Position numbers and translations under genes: made by a program. Shown here in pieces: positions 59,682-64,000 of a stretch of 64,000 bases of DNA (position 1 is the stretch's first letter; the number at the start of each line of letters is the position of its first letter). Under the pieces are notes generated by a model, which did no database searches, was not told the origin of the DNA, and saw only the letters and a program-made list of their open reading frames with translations. Source of the DNA: Limnochordia bacterium (GTDB lineage: Bacteria; Bacillota; Limnochordia; DTU080); contig JBMNJG010000005.1 in NCBI GenBank assembly GCA_050951545.1, forward strand, positions 224,001-288,000, in the 5' to 3' direction.

Positions 59682-61931
59682 ATGTCGAGGAAACGTAAAC
59701 GCAACCCAAGACCTCAGGCAGCACCTAAGGCACCCCGCTCCGCGTCTCGGCGCGATGCGGCGACCGTCGGCGCCTCCGGCTCGGATCCGACAGCGATCCT
59801 TCTCGAGGCACGCACTGCCTTCTCCCAGCAGAAATGGTCGAGCGTTGTGACATGCTCTCACCGCGCGCAACCGCGATTGTCAGCACTGGCCGAGCCAGAA
59901 AAAGCGGCCTGGGCGAAGCTGGTAGCAGAAGCCCATTTCCGCCTCGCCCTAGACTTCCTCAAGCGCGGACGCTTCAGGGCTGTCGTGGCAGAGCTCGAGA
60001 AGGCGCTCAACTGGCTCCCAGAAGACGGCATCTACCTCTACCACTTAGGCCTAGCCCATCATCGCCTCGGCCACTGGTCTGAAGCCTTGGAGGCGTACGA
60101 GCGGGCCTGGCAAGCGGAACCTTCCTGGCGAGTCGCCTACCACTATGCGCTGGTTGTCCTTCAGGCTGGCGAACGTATCTCGCGCGATCTGTGGGCCGCA
60201 GCACATAGGCGGCTAGTAGCTGCAGCACCCCCCAGCGCTGCGGCTCAGACGGCTATTGCTCGATTTGAGATGTGGAAACAGTTCTCCGAGGAACAAGCCC
60301 AAGGCGTTCAGTTAACGCCCTGGTGGCACGGCAGGGCCATTCCCGCCGCATTACGCGCCGAAGCTGGCTTCTTCAGCTTAGCAGTGGGCGATGCGGACGG
60401 GGCCGCTGCCGCATTCAAGAAGGCCGAAGAGCTATACGCTGCGGATCCTGCTGAGCAAGCCATAGACGACCATCAGCAGCGAATGGTCACCGCGGCGGCA
60501 CTCCTGGCGGCAACCGTGCGGGGGAAAGGGCGAAGTGTCTCGCGCACAGTCCAACAGGCGTCTTCCTCGCCTGCCCCCACTGGCCGAACACCGGACAGCC
60601 CTATTGAGACTCAGACTCTCTCATTTCTGGCCTGGGCCCTCTGGCGTAGTGGTTGGCTCTTGTGGCAGGGTGAACAGATCCGGTTCGCCGCACAGGCCTG
60701 GGAAGCAGCCAGGCGGGTTGCCCCGGACAACTACGCGATACATCATGCCCTGGCCTTGACCTACGAACGCTGCCACGAGGAAGCCGCCCTGGAGGCTTGG
60801 GAGGCCTTCGCCAACGCTATCTCGAACACCCGAAGCACCAATCCTGAGGAAAGGGCCTGGAACGCCCAAATGGCTACTCAGATCCACCTTCATCTCTGCC
60901 GACTGGCCATGCAGTGGCATATACCGCCCTTTGAGGCATGGTTCTCAGGCGCCCTACGCGGCGGTGTTCTTGATAGCCCAGAGCGCCTGGAGCTAGCCGA
61001 AATAGCTGCCACTGTCGGCGCTGAGCACATCGTCCGGCAGGCGTTGCAGCCTCTACGCAGACAGCTCGACGACGATCCAGAGCTCGCCCGCCGTGTAGCC
61101 CGCCTCTACGCAGTTGCGGAGATGCCCGGAGAGGCGAACCGGATCTGGGAAAGCCTGCGTCAGTCTTTTCCAGATGACACAGAGGCGGCTGCGGCCCTGG
61201 CCGACGCGTACTACGCCAAGGGCCTGGCAGCCATGAGTGGGAAGGGTAGGACACGCAAGGACCGGGCGCTACAGGCCTTCGAAGAGGCCCTGAGCTGCGA
61301 CCCTGGGCACGTGCCTGCCTTAGTGGCCGTGGCTGCTTGGCATAGCATGCACGGGGACTCCTCCGTATACGAGCAGTACCTGACGGAGGCCCTCGCTCTG
61401 TGCGAGGACCCCGGACAACTGATGGGGATTGCCGATGCCCTACTGGATTTCGGGCTGTTCGAGCAAGCAGCGGCCCTGCTTGAGCGGATGCTACAGCAAA
61501 GACCATCAGCACAGCTCCTGGGCCAGTTAGGCATCATCTACGTAGCGCATGACCGCGAGGACGAAGGGTTTGCACGCCTTGAACAGGCATGCAAAGAGGC
61601 TCATTACGACCTGGAGCTTTGTCTCGCCCTCGTTAGCGACCTTTCTAGCACCTGTGGGCCTAACGCGGCAGAGAAACTGGCCGTGAACCTGCTGTGGCAC
61701 CGCCCCAACTCCGCCGAGCTCTACCTTATGCTGGCCGCGTTATCTCATGTTCAGAATGACCTGCCGAAAGCTGAGCGCTATCTTAAGGAAGCCGACAGAC
61801 TAACCCGAAAAACGGGTGATACGCTGTTGCAGGAGGAAGTCGCAGCGATGAGAAACATCATCACACGGCCTCTACCGGCGAGGTTGGGCGAGCTCTTCGG
61901 GGAGGACTTTTCAGATGACGAGATCTGGTAA
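59682..61931 (+). CDS. Large tetratricopeptide-repeat protein
   Basis: Many TPR-like helical pairs (YLYHLGLAHHRLGHWSEALEAYERA; APDNYAIHHALALTYE; PNSAELYLMLA); basic N-terminus and acidic C-terminus. Confidence 0.8.
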   Translation: MSRKRKRNPRPQAAPKAPRSASRRDAATVGASGSDPTAILLEARTAFSQQKWSSVVTCSHRAQPRLSALAEPEKAAWAKLVAEAHFRLALDFLKRGRFRAVVAELEKALNWLPEDGIYLYHLGLAHHRLGHWSEALEAYERAWQAEPSWRVAYHYALVVLQAGERISRDLWAAAHRRLVAAAPPSAAAQTAIARFEMWKQFSEEQAQGVQLTPWWHGRAIPAALRAEAGFFSLAVGDADGAAAAFKKAEELYAADPAEQAIDDHQQRMVTAAALLAATVRGKGRSVSRTVQQASSSPAPTGRTPDSPIETQTLSFLAWALWRSGWLLWQGEQIRFAAQAWEAARRVAPDNYAIHHALALTYERCHEEAALEAWEAFANAISNTRSTNPEERAWNAQMATQIHLHLCRLAMQWHIPPFEAWFSGALRGGVLDSPERLELAEIAATVGAEHIVRQALQPLRRQLDDDPELARRVARLYAVAEMPGEANRIWESLRQSFPDDTEAAAALADAYYAKGLAAMSGKGRTRKDRALQAFEEALSCDPGHVPALVAVAAWHSMHGDSSVYEQYLTEALALCEDPGQLMGIADALLDFGLFEQAAALLERMLQQRPSAQLLGQLGIIYVAHDREDEGFARLEQACKEAHYDLELCLALVSDLSSTCGPNAAEKLAVNLLWHRPNSAELYLMLAALSHVQNDLPKAERYLKEADRLTRKTGDTLLQEEVAAMRNIITRPLPARLGELFGEDFSDDEIW

Positions 61932-62280
61932 TGATGCAGGAAACGAGAACCCCCTGGCCATCTTGGGCGTAGACCCCCGTCTTTCTGATGAAGAGTTGCG
62001 CCAGCGCTATGTTACGCTTGTCCGGCAGTACCCGCCCGAGCGTAACCGCGAGGAGTTCCGCCGCATCCGCAGTGCCTATGAGGCCTTGCGCAGACCAGCC
62101 GATCGAGCGCGGTATGCCTTGCAGCAAATGGCGGAACCCCCTGCGCTCTTTCCGGGGTCACCCGGCGAGCCACGAGGCCCTTTGGGGATCTCGCCTGCTT
62201 GGTGGCATATGGGCGATCCCTGGTCGGAATTGTTGCTGGACGAATTTGAGTCTGACTGCCGCGATCCCCTAGGGAAGTAG
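61915..62280 (+). CDS. Small J-domain-like protein (HPD replaced by YPPE)
   Basis: NPLAILGV...DEELRQRYVTLVRQYPPE...EFRRIRSAYEAL. Confidence 0.8.
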   Translation: MTRSGNDAGNENPLAILGVDPRLSDEELRQRYVTLVRQYPPERNREEFRRIRSAYEALRRPADRARYALQQMAEPPALFPGSPGEPRGPLGISPAWWHMGDPWSELLLDEFESDCRDPLGK

Positions 62281-62335
62281 TGGGTGAAAGCAATTCCGAT
62301 CAATACACTCAAACTCTGGGGGGAAGCATGTCACG

Positions 62336-62977
62336 ATGTGGTGGAAACGACTATGGAGTAGCCGAAGCGAGAAAGCCTCGGCTCCCGCCAAGAAGCGGCG
62401 GCCACGCCTGCCTGAGCAACTGGCCGAGGTCGACCGAGCTCTGGCGCGCCTAGCACGTGAACAAGCCAAGGCCAACCTTCTATGGGAGCAATCATCGAAG
62501 CAGCAGGCTGAGCTCGTGGCTGGTCTTGAGAAGACACTGACGCAACAAGAGACGAACTACCGAGCGCTACTCGCCCAGGCCGAAGAGCGGGGGCGGACGC
62601 AGTGGGCACAGCGCCTCTTTCCGCAACTGCTTGCGTTCCTTGATGATCTGATGCAAGGGGCTGCAGCCATGGAGCAACAGGTCAACCAACAGCCAGCACT
62701 TGCCGAATGGGCTGGTGGAGTGCGCCGCCTCCACAACCGTGGTGAGGAGCTCCTCAGTCTGTGGAACGTGACACCCATACCCGCTACAGGGCAACCTTTT
62801 GACCCCAGCGTGCATCACCCGGTCGATGTGGTGTTTTCGAGCGAGGTCACACAACCCATCGTCGTGGCTGAGGTTCAACGTGGGTACCGTCAGAACGGAG
62901 AGCTAATTAGGCAGGCCACAGTGGTGGTGGCCAAACCAGCGAACTCGACGACGGGCACATTGGAGGCCAGTGTATGA
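62336..62977 (+). CDS. grpE: GrpE family nucleotide exchange factor (paralog)
   Basis: Long N-terminal helix; GQPFDPSVH...EVQRGY...LIRQATVVVAK. Confidence 0.85.
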   Translation: MWWKRLWSSRSEKASAPAKKRRPRLPEQLAEVDRALARLAREQAKANLLWEQSSKQQAELVAGLEKTLTQQETNYRALLAQAEERGRTQWAQRLFPQLLAFLDDLMQGAAAMEQQVNQQPALAEWAGGVRRLHNRGEELLSLWNVTPIPATGQPFDPSVHHPVDVVFSSEVTQPIVVAEVQRGYRQNGELIRQATVVVAKPANSTTGTLEASV

Positions 62978-64000
62978 GCAGAACAGTCGGTATCGATTTC
63001 GGCACAACCAACTCGGTGATTGCTGTAGTGGGTGCGGATGGCCGACCGCGAGTGTTGGAGCACGAGGGCGAACGGATTATCCCCTCGGTGGTGGCTATCG
63101 ATGAGCAGGGAAGACTGTTAGTGGGCCGTCAGGCTAGAAACTACCTGCCGCTCGACCCAGACAACGCCGTTCACTCCGTGAAGCGCTTCATAGGCACAGA
63201 CCAACGTTTCACCTTGCGCGGCAAGGAGTACTCGCCGCAGCAGATTGCCGCCCTGATCATGCGCACACTGCGAGACTTGGCGGAATCTGCCCTGGGCGAG
63301 CCAGTTAAGCAAGCGGTGATCACCGTACCTGCTTACTTTACAGACCAGCAGCGCATCGCCACAAAGGAGGCGGGTGAGCTAGCGGGTCTGGACGTCGTGC
63401 GCATCATCAATGAACCCACCGCGGCCGCCCTCGCCTACGGCATAGACCAGAACACGGGCCAGCGCGCATTGGTGTATGACTTAGGTGGAGGTACCTTTGA
63501 CGTTTCTTTGGTTCAGATCGAGGAGGGCTTCGTCGAAGTCTTGGCTACGGCGGGCAACAACCGCCTGGGAGGTAACGACTTCGATCAGCGCATCGTTGAC
63601 TATGTCAGCGACCGCTTCTCTCGAGATGAGGGCTTCAACATCCGCCAGGACCCACGCGCCTTGGCTCGCCTTTCCGCCAGTGCAGAACAAGCGAAGATCC
63701 GACTGTCGGACCATCCCTACGCTCGCCTGCGGGAAGACTTCCTAGCTACGCTGGATGGGAAACCACTTCATCTCGACCAGGAGCTCTCACGCACTCGCTT
63801 TGAAGAACTGATCGCCGATCTCTTGACAGACACAATCGTCAGTGTGAACCAAGTCCTACGCGATGCCGATTGCCGAGCCAAGGATATCGACAAAGTCTTG
63901 CTTGTGGGTGGCTCCACACGCATCCCTGCTGTCCGCCACATCCTGGAGGCGGAGCTTCAACAAGAGCCCTCGGGTGATGTCCATCCCGACGAATGTGTGG
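62974..64000 (+). CDS. Hsp70/DnaK family protein (paralog, truncated by window end)
   Basis: Not in the ORF track. Manual translation gives MSRTVGIDFGTTNS...AVITVPAYF...RIINEPTAAALAYG...VYDLGGGTFDVS...VLLVGGSTRIPAV. Confidence 0.95.
   Translation, partial: MSRTVGIDFGTTNSVIAVVGADGRPRVLEHEGERIIPSVVAIDEQGRLLVGRQARNYLPLDPDNAVHSVKRFIGTDQRFTLRGKEYSPQQIAALIMRTLRDLAESALGEPVKQAVITVPAYFTDQQRIATKEAGELAGLDVVRIINEPTAAALAYGIDQNTGQRALVYDLGGGTFDVSLVQIEEGFVEVLATAGNNRLGGNDFDQRIVDYVSDRFSRDEGFNIRQDPRALARLSASAEQAKIRLSDHPYARLREDFLATLDGKPLHLDQELSRTRFEELIADLLTDTIVSVNQVLRDADCRAKDIDKVLLVGGSTRIPAVRHILEAELQQEPSGDVHPDECV

Overview
A gene-dense chromosomal window with no recognisable integrase, transposase, phage gene or CRISPR array. 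The gene content suggests an anaerobic Bacillota-like bacterium that is probably diderm; this is inferred from sigma-A and sigma-H-like promoters, non-lipoprotein solute-binding proteins (SBPs) and an outer-membrane beta-barrel. In order, it holds: a SAM methyltransferase and DegT aminotransferase; an Lrp-led aromatic amino acid-type ABC importer; an esterase and MFS transporter; an MMPL-TetR-LolA-like-beta-barrel operon; a sulfatase; tRNA-Arg(TCG); a NifB/NifX-2xMinD/Fe-S ATPase-DUF5320 cluster with twin conserved operator/promoters; an XRE pseudogene; a full Na+-type V/A-ATPase operon with subunit I frameshifted; a ~21 kb glycan/sugar utilisation region (four orphan SBPs, modular heparinase II/III-type lyase, GH106-like enzyme, oxidoreductase, phosphoesterases, LacI); a MarR plus heterodimeric ABC exporter; DUF134, YczE-like, flavodoxin-like and aldo-keto reductase genes; a doubly frameshifted FMN glutamate-synthase-family gene; and a TPR-atypical J-domain-GrpE-Hsp70 operon cut by the window end. 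All product calls come from motifs read by eye; no database search was run.
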